From NCBI GenBank assembly GCA_032251195.1, contig JAVVEX010000001.1, forward strand, positions 1-55,583: a stretch of DNA of 55,583 nt, written 5' to 3'. This stretch comes from Nitrosomonas sp. Lineage in GTDB: Bacteria > Pseudomonadota > Gammaproteobacteria > Burkholderiales > Nitrosomonadaceae. A program made the translations under genes and the position numbers. The notes beneath the pieces are model-generated. The model worked only from the letters and a program-made list of their open reading frames with translations, made no database searches and had not been told where the DNA came from. Shown piece by piece: positions 33,580 through 42,867 of this stretch (position 1 is the stretch's first letter; each line of letters opens with the position of its first letter).

Positions 33580-33676
33580 ATGAAATCATGCGGTATTTTG
33601 CCAGTAACTGACTGACTGAAAATGACAACGGCGACATGATGACCTTCGTCAGGAATGTGAAGTGGATTCGCAGATA

Positions 33677-33707
33677 CAGAAAAGGCCCGCTAAGCAGGCC
33701 TTTTCTG
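33677..33707. terminator. Bidirectional Rho-independent terminator
   Basis: CAGAAAAGGCC-N9-GGCCTTTTCTG between convergent genes. Confidence 0.75.
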
Positions 33708-33725
33708 ACGATAATATTGTTTTAA

Positions 33726-34001
33726 TCAATAACCGCCTTGCCAAGCGTCACCTGATTCTTTGCGCGCTTTTTCAACAATGGCGACAACATCTGCACATTT
33801 GACTCTGACAATTTTTCCATTCTCGACATCTGTCCGGCTTTTAACGATATCGGTTGGTTCTTTATCCTTGCAGGACAAGTAATTCAATATATCCTTGGCT
33901 GCAATTGGCGCCAGGGATGACTCTGTGTTTCCGCTTGCAATAGTTGCGGTCGAACCCAGCAAAAAGACTGAAACAAAAGCTGCTACGATTATTTTGCTCA
34001 T
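33726..34001 (-). CDS. Small secreted protein, homologue of the hydroxylamine oxidoreductase partner NE1300
   Basis: Signal peptide, then SGNTESSLAPI...CKDK...ENGKIVRVKC...SGDAWQGGY, matching my recollection of the N. europaea NE1300 mature chain; GAGGAG RBS. Confidence 0.8.
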   Translation of the reverse strand: MSKIIVAAFVSVFLLGSTATIASGNTESSLAPIAAKDILNYLSCKDKEPTDIVKSRTDVENGKIVRVKCADVVAIVEKARKESGDAWQGGY

Positions 34002-34182
34002 TTGCACTCCTCTCAAATTGTTTTTTAAGTACCGCCAATAACCTGAAACTATCATGCCTATTGGTTGAATCCCTGCCACTGGCTTCAATCACAAGCCTGC
34101 TTGTGAAGAAAAACTTATACCGACTATATCGGTGGGCGAAAACGTCAGTCATCGCCAGTCCTGATCAGCATGGACTAACCGC

Positions 34183-34191
34183 ATTCTATCA
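34183..34191 (-). promoter_or_regulatory. Putative extended -10 promoter for the NE1300 homologue
   Basis: TGaTAGAAT on the minus strand, just upstream of a hairpin-rich leader. Confidence 0.4.
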
Positions 34192-34232
34192 AGTTATACG
34201 CAATTGTTGCAGTAAAAAAATTTTTTGTTTTG

Positions 34233-34955
34233 CTACTTGGATCTCAGGCGGGTTCGTAAACGTGCAATTGCCTGAGTATGCAACTGGCATACGCGTGACT
34301 CACTGACGCCCAGTACTTCACCAATCTCGCGCAGATTCATCTCCTCTTCATAATGCATCCCCATCACCAGTTTTTCTCTGGGTGGCAGTTTATCGATGGC
34401 GTCGATCAGCATTTCGCGCAAATTCTTTTCCAGCAACTGATCGAGTGGCTGATTATCCTGTGTGCCGCATAGACGATCCAGAAAATGATCTTCATTTTCT
34501 TCCTGAAAATCCTCATAATAAATCAATTGCCCACCACGTGCATCCTGTAGCGCTTCCTGATAATTCTCCAGTGACATATTCAGCTCTTGCGACAATTCCT
34601 GCTCGTTGGGTGGATGACCCAGCTGCTGTTCCAACTTGCGCATCGCAGCTTCGATCTGACGCATCTTTTTGCGCAGACTGCGCGGCAGCCAGTCTGCTTC
34701 GCGCAATTCATCCAGAATCGAACCGCGAATCCGCTGGGCGGCATAGCTTTCGAACTGTCGGCCATAGGAACCCTCATAACGACCAATCGCATCCAGTAAA
34801 CCGATCATTCCGGCCTGAATCAGATCATCGACCTGGACACTGGCAGGCAGCTTGGCCATCATGTGATAGGCAATACGCCTGACCAGAGGCGTGTATTCGG
34901 TAATGAACTGATCTTTATCAATTGTGCCCGTTTCGGTATACATAAGCTCGCTCAT
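34233..34955 (-). CDS. fliA: Flagellar sigma factor sigma-28
   Basis: DDLIQAG, RIRG..LDELR..DW.PRS, VSESRVCQLH. Confidence 0.96.
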   Translation of the reverse strand: MSELMYTETGTIDKDQFITEYTPLVRRIAYHMMAKLPASVQVDDLIQAGMIGLLDAIGRYEGSYGRQFESYAAQRIRGSILDELREADWLPRSLRKKMRQIEAAMRKLEQQLGHPPNEQELSQELNMSLENYQEALQDARGGQLIYYEDFQEENEDHFLDRLCGTQDNQPLDQLLEKNLREMLIDAIDKLPPREKLVMGMHYEEEMNLREIGEVLGVSESRVCQLHTQAIARLRTRLRSK

Positions 34956-35845
34956 ACGGTGAAATCCACTTTATCGAGATGACTGGTTCTGATCAGACGC
35001 TGCATGAAGTTTTCCATGCCATCATCCTGGTTGCCGGGATAGGTGCTACGCAGCAAACCATCCACCAAATGGCGATAACCGGTTGCCGATGCCGAGTCCG
35101 GAAAAATATCGACAACCGACTGACAGAGATGGGAAGCACGCTGTAATTTGTCATCAAATGGAATACACCCCAGCAGTTTCAGCCTGACGGACAAATGTTT
35201 ATGTGCTACTGCCGCTACGTTATCAAAAATGGCTTGCCCGACTGCTGTCGAAGCGACCTTGTTGACCAGCACCAGAAAATCTCGTCGCGCGTATTCCTTG
35301 CTGATCAGTTTGATCAATGCGTAGGCATCCGTGATGGATTGACTGGAACCTGACAGTACAATCAGCGCTTGCTGAGAAGCCAGGCTGAGCGCGACCACGC
35401 GACTTGCGGTGCCGATGGCCGTATCAATCAGAACAACATCAACCGCTTGCGAAATCTCGCCGAAGCAGTTGATCAACCAGTCCTGATCGTGTGGCATCAG
35501 CTTTGCCAGTGAGTGAATGCCGCGCATGGCTGTCAGCACCTGAATTCCTCCTGGGCCGTGGGTAATGACTTCTTCCAGTAATTTGTCGCGGTTGATGACG
35601 TGTTGCAGGTCATAGCGCGCCTTGAGACCTAAATTGGCATTGACATCATTGTGGCGGGGATTTTCATCCAGAACCAATACACGCTTGCCAGTTCTGGTCA
35701 ATGCCACTGCCAGGTTGATCACGGTACTGGTTTTGCCGACACAGGTTCTGCCGCCAATGACCGCGAACACACGCACACCCCGTGCGGCACCAAGTGCTGT
35801 CAGTTGCCGCAGGCCGGACGCTTGATCGGCTTGGGCGTTAATCAT
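34952..35845 (-). CDS. flhG: Flagellar number regulator FlhG/FleN (MinD-like)
   Basis: DQASGLR N-terminus, VGKT, ITDAYALIK; lies between flhF and fliA. Confidence 0.88.
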   Translation of the reverse strand: MINAQADQASGLRQLTALGAARGVRVFAVIGGRTCVGKTSTVINLAVALTRTGKRVLVLDENPRHNDVNANLGLKARYDLQHVINRDKLLEEVITHGPGGIQVLTAMRGIHSLAKLMPHDQDWLINCFGEISQAVDVVLIDTAIGTASRVVALSLASQQALIVLSGSSQSITDAYALIKLISKEYARRDFLVLVNKVASTAVGQAIFDNVAAVAHKHLSVRLKLLGCIPFDDKLQRASHLCQSVVDIFPDSASATGYRHLVDGLLRSTYPGNQDDGMENFMQRLIRTSHLDKVDFTV

Positions 35846-37211
35846 GAGTGACCTCGATCGGAGCCTGGTGAGTCCTGTCTGGTCGGCTGGTGGCATGTCC
35901 GGCCATCGTCAAGGCAAATTCAGTATCTTGCAGGGTAAACGGGGAATCTTCCGATAGGGGTTTGAAGACGCGATGCAGCAAATAGCGAGAATTCGCCGCA
36001 TGCAAATCTTCTGGAACCTTTTGGCCGTTAGTCACATAATGCAGCTTCAGTTTGTGGCGAATGACCGCATCCAGCACGATGCCCAGACCAGCGGCTTCAT
36101 CCACTTTGGTAATGATGCAGCCATGGATGCCGTGTTGCTGGTAGGCGGAAATGACTTCGTCCAGTGTGCCGCCATTACTGGTCGCGTTCAATAGCAGCAG
36201 ATGTTTGATGGCTGTCCCGCATTCACTCATCATCGCGATCTGCTCCGCCAGCATTTGATCACGCTGACTCATGCCAACGGTATCAATCAGTACCATATGC
36301 TTGCCACGCAACTCATGCAACATCAGCTGCAAATCATCAATATCCTTGATGCTGCGCACCGGTACCCCCAGCAATTTTCCGTAGATACGCAGCTGCTCGT
36401 GTCCACCAATACGATAGCTATCCGTCGTCAGTAACGCCACTTTATCTGCGCCGTGCCGGATGACAGCGCGTGCTGCCAGTTTTGCTGTGGTTGTGGTCTT
36501 GCCGACACCGGTAGGGCCGATCAGCGTATAAACGCCGCCCTGTTCAATCATTTCATCGCTGCCCACTGTGCGCACATTCAGCGTCAATAGCGCGATGGTT
36601 TTTTTCAGTCCCTGTTCAAAACCGGCATCAAGCTGCAATTTATCAAGCAGGTGTCTTGCCAGTAACGGGCTAAACCCGGCGTTTAACATGGCACGCAACA
36701 CTTTCATGCTATCGGGATGTGCCTGTGAAAACTGACCCCATCCTACGCTTGCCAGTTGATCTTCCATCAATTGCCGCATCGCCTGGATTTCCTGAATGAT
36801 GTTCTTGCTGACACTATCCACTCCAGGCAGGTCTGGTGTTCTGAGATTTATCCGTATATCAGGGGCGCTGTCCGGTTTTGGCGTTTCCGTCATTGTCGTG
36901 ACTTTCTGTGTTGGTACACTGTCAGGAATATTATCTTCCTGCGGCGGAATTTCTTTGGTTCGCATTTTCTCAGGTGTCGCAGTTGTGGGCGTCGGAGTAT
37001 ATAGTGCTGCCGGCTGCCTGCTGGCTGCGGACACGTCCGCTTGCCTGGATTTATCCGCAAGGCTTGCGATCTCATCACCAGCCAATGCCATGATTTCGAT
37101 ACCGCCTGGTACCGTTTTATTGGATAAAATCACCGCGTCGGCGCCCAGTTCTTCCTTGACTCTACGCAAGGCTTCGCGCGAAGTTGCCGCCAGGAATCTT
37201 TTTACTTTCAT
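35838..37211 (-). CDS. flhF: Flagellar SRP-like GTPase FlhF
   Basis: GPTGVGKTTT, DTVG, TKVDE, GQKVPEDL. Confidence 0.95.
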   Translation of the reverse strand: MKVKRFLAATSREALRRVKEELGADAVILSNKTVPGGIEIMALAGDEIASLADKSRQADVSAASRQPAALYTPTPTTATPEKMRTKEIPPQEDNIPDSVPTQKVTTMTETPKPDSAPDIRINLRTPDLPGVDSVSKNIIQEIQAMRQLMEDQLASVGWGQFSQAHPDSMKVLRAMLNAGFSPLLARHLLDKLQLDAGFEQGLKKTIALLTLNVRTVGSDEMIEQGGVYTLIGPTGVGKTTTTAKLAARAVIRHGADKVALLTTDSYRIGGHEQLRIYGKLLGVPVRSIKDIDDLQLMLHELRGKHMVLIDTVGMSQRDQMLAEQIAMMSECGTAIKHLLLLNATSNGGTLDEVISAYQQHGIHGCIITKVDEAAGLGIVLDAVIRHKLKLHYVTNGQKVPEDLHAANSRYLLHRVFKPLSEDSPFTLQDTEFALTMAGHATSRPDRTHQAPIEVTHD

Positions 37212-39298
37212 TTTTTGTTACCTCCAACGATGGAAACGAATTTGATTGTTCTGCTATCAGGTATTTCAGAATGTGCCAGTACACGCAACTGCGGTAGGGA
37301 ACGGCGCAAAAAACGCACCAGCAGCAAGCGAATGGCGTCGGAAACCACCAATACTGCTGGCAATCCCAGGTTTTCCAGACGCTTGATCTCGCTGCCAGTG
37401 TCGCGTATCAGCGAATCAGCCAGACCAGGCTCGATACCGCCATCCGCCATGGGATGGGATTGCACGACCTGGGTCAGAATATTCTCAAGCTCCGGGTGCA
37501 GGCGCATTACCTGTAATTCAGCGCCAGACGGGAAACATTGCTCGACTATCGAACGTCCCAGCGCCAGCCTGACCTGCGCCATCAATTCGGTAACTTCCTG
37601 GGTGCGTCCGGCGTGTTCAGTCAAAGTATCGATAATGGTGCGCATATCGCGGATATGCACGCCTTCCTCCAGCAGGGATTGCAGCACTTTCTGTACGCTT
37701 GCCAGCGGCAGTAGTTTCGGTATCAGGTCGTCGGTTAGTTTTGGCACTTCCTTGTTGAGATGATCGAGCAGTTTCTGTAATTCTTCCCGCCCGAGCAATT
37801 CGGCAGCATGATTGCGCAGCAAGTGATTGAGATGCGTTGTCACCACCGTGCTGGTATCGACCACAGTGTAGCCGCTGACTTGAGCCTGTTCGCGTTGCCC
37901 GGCGTCAATCCACACTGCGGGTAGACCGAAGGCTGGGTCTTCGGTAACATTGCCTGGCAGCGCCATCGTTACCTGACCGGGATTGATCGCCAGATACATG
38001 CCACTATGAGCTTCTCCCTGGCCGATGACCGATCCTTTCATCGTGATACGGTACGCATTGGGACGCAGTTCCAGATTGTCACGGATATGTACCACCGGCG
38101 GAAGATACCCGATTTCCTGAGCAAATTTTTTGCGGATGCTGTTAATGCGTCGCAGCAAATCTCCCTGCTGCGCCTTGTCCACCAGCGGAATCAGGCGGTA
38201 GCCGACTTCCAGTCCCAGCGTATCCACCTGAGTGACGTCATTCCAGCTGGCGTCCTGCGATTCGATCGCAACCGCTTCTATTTCGCTGGTACCGGATGTG
38301 GTTTCAGTCTGTGCGGGCTGGCGCGCCCGCAAATAGGCAATCGAGCCGATTATGCCTGCCAGTAACAAGAACACCAGATTCGGCATTCCCGGCACCAGAC
38401 CAAGCCCACCGATGATGCCTGCGGTTACCCACAGTACCTGTGGGCGCGAAAACAGCTGGCCGATAACCTGCTGACCGAGATCTTCATCGGTACTGACGCG
38501 GCTCACCACCAGGCCAGCAGCGGTTGAAATGATCAGTGCCGGGATCTGCCCCACCAGACCATCGCCAATCGTCAGCAGCGTGTAGTTCTTGGCAGCATCA
38601 GCCAGTGCCAGATCATGTTGCACGACTCCGACTACCAGCCCACCAATGATGGTAATCAGCATGATCAGAATGCCAGCTACCGCATCGCCACGCACAAACT
38701 TGCTCGCGCCATCCATCGATCCGAAGAAATCGGCTTCCTGGGAGATACGTTCACGCCGCTTGCGGGCATCCTCCTCGCCAATCAGTCCTGCGTTGAGATC
38801 AGCATCAATCGCCATCTGCTTGCCTGGCATCGCATCCAGTGTAAAGCGTGCGCTGACCTCAGCAATACGCCCGGCGCCCTTGGTGATGACCACAAAATTG
38901 ATAACCACCAAAATGATGAACACCACCAGCCCCACCGCATAATTGCCGCCCACCAGAAAATGACCAAATGCCTCGATCACCTTGCCAGCGGCATCCGGAC
39001 CGGTATGCCCATTCAACAGCACCACGCGTGTTGAAGCCACGTTGAGCGATAAACGCAGCAAGGTCGTAATCAATAAAATTGTTGGGAAAACCGAAAAATC
39101 GAGTGCATGGCGCGAATACAGACTGACCAGCAATACAATGATCGCCAGCGCGATGTTGAAGGTAAACAGTACATCCAGCACGAATGGCGGCAATGGCAAC
39201 ACCATCATTGCCAGAATCATGATGATCAAAAGGGGTCCCGCCAGGCTTTGAAGCTGGCTGCCTTGCAGCAAGGTTGTCAGTGACAGGGATTGATTCAT
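37208..39298 (-). CDS. flhA: Flagellar export protein FlhA
   Basis: RIAEVSARFTLDAMPGKQMAIDADL, MDGASKFVRGD. Confidence 0.98.
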   Translation of the reverse strand: MNQSLSLTTLLQGSQLQSLAGPLLIIMILAMMVLPLPPFVLDVLFTFNIALAIIVLLVSLYSRHALDFSVFPTILLITTLLRLSLNVASTRVVLLNGHTGPDAAGKVIEAFGHFLVGGNYAVGLVVFIILVVINFVVITKGAGRIAEVSARFTLDAMPGKQMAIDADLNAGLIGEEDARKRRERISQEADFFGSMDGASKFVRGDAVAGILIMLITIIGGLVVGVVQHDLALADAAKNYTLLTIGDGLVGQIPALIISTAAGLVVSRVSTDEDLGQQVIGQLFSRPQVLWVTAGIIGGLGLVPGMPNLVFLLLAGIIGSIAYLRARQPAQTETTSGTSEIEAVAIESQDASWNDVTQVDTLGLEVGYRLIPLVDKAQQGDLLRRINSIRKKFAQEIGYLPPVVHIRDNLELRPNAYRITMKGSVIGQGEAHSGMYLAINPGQVTMALPGNVTEDPAFGLPAVWIDAGQREQAQVSGYTVVDTSTVVTTHLNHLLRNHAAELLGREELQKLLDHLNKEVPKLTDDLIPKLLPLASVQKVLQSLLEEGVHIRDMRTIIDTLTEHAGRTQEVTELMAQVRLALGRSIVEQCFPSGAELQVMRLHPELENILTQVVQSHPMADGGIEPGLADSLIRDTGSEIKRLENLGLPAVLVVSDAIRLLLVRFLRRSLPQLRVLAHSEIPDSRTIKFVSIVGGNKK

Positions 39299-39348
39299 TG
39301 CATGTTTAAAATTAATTGGGTTGATAGACTCGAATATTCAATGTGTTT

Positions 39349-40482
39349 TCAGGCAGGCTGATCCAGCTCATCGGGTACTATGATTTCCGGTAATTCTGGT
39401 GGGGGTGTGCCGCCATAAGTCTGATAGCGCCGTAACTGAAATACATAAGCCAGCACATGCGCTACTGCCGTATAGAGTTTCTCGGGTATCTCGGCCTCCA
39501 GTTCCACATGGTGATAGAGCGCCCGCGCCAGTGGCGGCACTTCCAGTACCGGAATATGATGCTCTGTTGCGACATCGCGGATGCGGGCCGCCAGCAGATG
39601 TACGCCTTTTGCGATTACCTTTGGCGCCTGCATCGAACGATCCTGATATTTGAGCGCTACCGCATAATGGGTCGGGTTGGTGACCACCACATCTGCCTTG
39701 GGCAGCTCTGCCATCATGCGACGGCGTGCTGCTTCCCGCTGCAAGCCACGAATACGCGCTTTGACTTGTGGATCTCCCTCGTCTTCCTTGGACTCCTTGC
39801 GCAGCTCCTCTTTTGACATCTTTAGCTCTCGCGCATGATTCCATAACTGGTAGGGCACATCGATCAGCACGATCAGGAGCATTGCCGCGACAATCAGCGT
39901 GAATGCCAGCACCATCAGTTCGCCCATGCTGGCGAGCCCCAGATTTAATGGCATGCTGACCTGATCGATTGTTTGCTCCTTGAACTGCCACATTACCATC
40001 GCCGCCACACCGCCAATCACCAACGCCTTGGCGACTGCCTTGAGCAATTCAATCAAACCATCTACTGAAAATATCCGCTTGAACCATTTGACGGGATTGA
40101 GACGTTTGATATCCGGCACCAATGCCTTGGAGCTGAACAGCCATCCGCTTAATAGCATCGGTGCAACCAGCGCTACGATTGCCAGCCAGGCAAATAGCGG
40201 CGCAATTGCCAGCAGCCCTTCCAGCGCCACTTGTAAAAAACGAGGCATTAGCAATGCCTGATCATGAGCCAGTTCGCGCTCCAGCTGCAGTCCACCACCT
40301 AACATGGCAATCAGTTTCTGTATGATGGTTGAGCCAATAAACCACAGGCTTCCCGCAGCAGCCATCAGCACCGTAAAGGTGGTCAGTTCCTGTGAACGCG
40401 CAACTTGGCCTTCCTCGCGTGCTTTTTCCAGCCGTTTGGGGGACGCCGGTTCGGTTTTTTCCAGATCGCTGTCTTCTGCCAT
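39349..40482 (-). CDS. flhB: Flagellar export protein FlhB
   Basis: EKTEPAS, EGDP, NPTH autocleavage motif; GGAG RBS before ATG 40482. Confidence 0.96.
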   Translation of the reverse strand: MAEDSDLEKTEPASPKRLEKAREEGQVARSQELTTFTVLMAAAGSLWFIGSTIIQKLIAMLGGGLQLERELAHDQALLMPRFLQVALEGLLAIAPLFAWLAIVALVAPMLLSGWLFSSKALVPDIKRLNPVKWFKRIFSVDGLIELLKAVAKALVIGGVAAMVMWQFKEQTIDQVSMPLNLGLASMGELMVLAFTLIVAAMLLIVLIDVPYQLWNHARELKMSKEELRKESKEDEGDPQVKARIRGLQREAARRRMMAELPKADVVVTNPTHYAVALKYQDRSMQAPKVIAKGVHLLAARIRDVATEHHIPVLEVPPLARALYHHVELEAEIPEKLYTAVAHVLAYVFQLRRYQTYGGTPPPELPEIIVPDELDQPA

Positions 40483-40551
40483 ATCGGACTCCTGTTGGTG
40501 TGGCAGGATTATCCAGCGGATCACCGGCAATCGATCACGGAAACAAGCAAG

Positions 40552-40582
40552 GATTTTGCCCATTAATCCGGATATCCGGATT
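40552..40582 (-). promoter_or_regulatory. flhB promoter element: FlhDC-like half-site next to an 18-bp palindrome
   Basis: AATGGGCAAAATC on the minus strand adjoining AATCCGGATATCCGGATT. Confidence 0.35.
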
Positions 40583-40778
40583 GGTAGGTATGATGAATCG
40601 GTTGCAGCCACTGGGCGAAATCGCACGCTTATCTACTTTGTGGTTATAAGCAGGCTGCAACAGATAAAGAACGATAAGCGTGGTTCCGTCAGGGGTTACC
40701 GAAGTGTGATTTGTAATACAGGCTATGCTCACGTAGCGCTGTAAGCAGAGCCTGCTTCAAGGGAAATCCAGGATTATT

Positions 40779-41390
40779 TTACCGGGAGGGTGGCAGCAGT
40801 TTGCCAGCTTGCTCAAATTCCGGCCGGATCAGACTGTGATCGCGAAACTGAGGCTGAATCAATTTCTCATCCGTGCGAAAGGGCTCTGGTGCTGGTCTCA
40901 GGCTGGCTCGCCATGCTTCCATTGCAGCATCCGGCTGACGCTGTTTACCATAAACTTTTGCCGGGGATGGCAATTTTCGTTTACGTTTCACCTGCGGTTG
41001 ATAAGGTGAAAAAAAGACACAATTGGAAAACAAAAAACAATCAAAATAAAAGGGGTTGATCGGATAGAACGGAGCTACCCGGCTATAACGTCCATAAAGC
41101 TGATGTCGTATGCCGCCGGTATTGATGACGGAGGCGGCATGGGTCAGTTTTGTTTTGCTGCTTACGGTCAGATACGTGCTCAATGCAGGCTGCGCCTGTG
41201 CTACGTTCGACATGAGTGTCAATATTAACAACAGGACAGCCAGTCCAATGTTTATGCTGCGGATTTCACACCTCGCCAAATAATATTTGACATTTCTACC
41301 CCTGCAATAGAAAAACAGTGGGCTGTTTATGAATATCGGGCAAGCTGCCATGACGCCAATCGCCAATGGTTCGGGTGGATATATATTCAT
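40779..41390 (-). CDS. Hypothetical protein, possibly secreted (start uncertain)
   Basis: Long ORF filling the gap, with a signal-like segment GLAVLLLILTLMSNVAQA. Confidence 0.4.
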   Translation of the reverse strand: MNIYPPEPLAIGVMAACPIFINSPLFFYCRGRNVKYYLARCEIRSINIGLAVLLLILTLMSNVAQAQPALSTYLTVSSKTKLTHAASVINTGGIRHQLYGRYSRVAPFYPINPFYFDCFLFSNCVFFSPYQPQVKRKRKLPSPAKVYGKQRQPDAAMEAWRASLRPAPEPFRTDEKLIQPQFRDHSLIRPEFEQAGKLLPPSR

Positions 41391-42021
41391 CCGTCAGGGT
41401 CAGGTTGCACGCGACGCATATTTGTGTCTGCGTATTGCAATGCTGTAGAAGCGCCTCCAGTAAGCGCAGATTACGATACGGCGTTTCAATGAAAATCTGT
41501 GTTTCATCTTTTTGCCGGGAACATTTTTCCAGCGCCAGAATTTTCCGGTTACGCAAATCCTGTGGAACCGGCAGGTATCCATGAAAGCAAAAACGCTGTC
41601 CATTCAGGCCGGAAGCCATCAATGCCAGCAGGATAGAGGTCGGTCCAACCAGTGGCGTCACCTTGATCCCGTGTTGATGTGCAAGCCGTACCAGTGCCGC
41701 GCCCGGATCGGCGACGGCCGGGCAACCGGCATCCGACAGCAAGCCGACATCCTGTCCATTCAGCAATGGGATGAGCAATTCCGGCAGTATGTCTGCCGAC
41801 GTATGTTCATTCAGCTCCATCAGCTCAAGGGATCCCAGCGGCGGCAATCCTGTGACCTGTTTCAGAAAGTGGCGCGCAGTTTTCGGGTGCTCAACCACAA
41901 AGTGTGTGATGGCAGACAGGCACTGCTGCACACCCAGAGGTAGAATCTGCGTCAGTACGCCCTCACCCAGCGGAGCAGGTATCAGATAAAGTGTTCCCTT
42001 GGGAAGCGCTGCTTTTGTCAA
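41296..42021 (-). CDS. RsmI-like SAM-dependent (tetrapyrrole methylase family) methyltransferase
   Basis: LYLIP.PLG, SDAGCPAVADPG, GPTS, IFIETPYR. Confidence 0.88.
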   Translation of the reverse strand: MTKAALPKGTLYLIPAPLGEGVLTQILPLGVQQCLSAITHFVVEHPKTARHFLKQVTGLPPLGSLELMELNEHTSADILPELLIPLLNGQDVGLLSDAGCPAVADPGAALVRLAHQHGIKVTPLVGPTSILLALMASGLNGQRFCFHGYLPVPQDLRNRKILALEKCSRQKDETQIFIETPYRNLRLLEALLQHCNTQTQICVACNLTLTDEYISTRTIGDWRHGSLPDIHKQPTVFLLQG

Positions 42022-42401
42022 TGCAGCACCCTGGGCACACTCAGAGTAAATTCAGGGATTTCCACTGAAAAGTAGAAACCATCTTCCGCTACCATCTGGT
42101 AGCTGCCTTTCATCGACCCCGCTGGTGCAGAAATGGCGGTGCCGCTGGTGTATTCAAAACTTTCTCCGGGTTTCAGAAAAGGCTGCTCCCCTACAACACC
42201 CAACCCTCGTACTTCGTGCACGCTCCCATCACCATTCATGATGATCCAGTGGCGGCTGATAAGTTGTGACGCAATATTGCCGGTATTGACTATGGTAATT
42301 GTGTAGGCAAAGACAAAATGTTCCGCTCTGGCATCCGATTGTTCCGGCAGATAAACTGTTTTAACTTTAACTTCAATGCAGTATTTTTTGGTATCCGTCA
42401 T
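42018..42401 (-). CDS. apaG: ApaG protein
   Basis: FAYTITI, RHWII, GVVGEQP, YTSG. Confidence 0.96.
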   Translation of the reverse strand: MTDTKKYCIEVKVKTVYLPEQSDARAEHFVFAYTITIVNTGNIASQLISRHWIIMNGDGSVHEVRGLGVVGEQPFLKPGESFEYTSGTAISAPAGSMKGSYQMVAEDGFYFSVEIPEFTLSVPRVLH

Positions 42402-42456
42402 TGGGCTGTTTCATCTCATTTTGTATGGTATTTGCTTATAAAATTCCAGTTTTTAT

Positions 42457-42541
42457 GGGCGTTTCTAAATATTGATATGTAATGAGATATTTTTGTGAAT
42501 GGTGACGTATTGTAACGAAATATGGATTTTTGGAAATGTCC
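42457..42541 (+). mobile_element. MITE-like repeat, family A, internally deleted
   Basis: GGGCGTTTCTAAA...TGTGAAT...GACGTATTGTAACGAAATATGGATTT...ATGTCC; shares a 26-nt exact stretch with 5844-5869. Confidence 0.8.
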
Positions 42542-42702
42542 TTATAGTTTTTAACAATAGGTATTTATTATGAACTATAAAATATGAACGCCAAAATTTG
42601 GCGAACAAAAAGTATCATCCATCGCCAGATTGGCCGCTTGGTTTCTATAAAAAGTATGCCAATCGTTGCTAAAGTTTACCCCTACGCTGCCGTCAGTAAT
42701 CC

Positions 42703-42788
42703 TTACCGATAAAGGCTAACCCGTCGTGAGGCGGGGGCGCAAAGCTTCCGGTCTTGGCGAGTCGTCGAGAAAGCGGAGCTGCCGAAGT
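42703..42788 (+). ncRNA. Cyclic-di-GMP-I (GEMM) riboswitch
   Basis: GGCTAACCCGTC-GTGA-GGCGGG P2 hairpin, GGCGCAAAG junction, CCGGTCT...GAAAGCGG P3, GCTGCCGAA 3' end. Confidence 0.88.
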
Positions 42789-42867
42789 CCGTATTCCATG
42801 CTTTTCATTCAAGCGTGTTTGCTGACCTTTAGTCGGTATTTCTATTCAACTACAGGAGAAGAGCATC

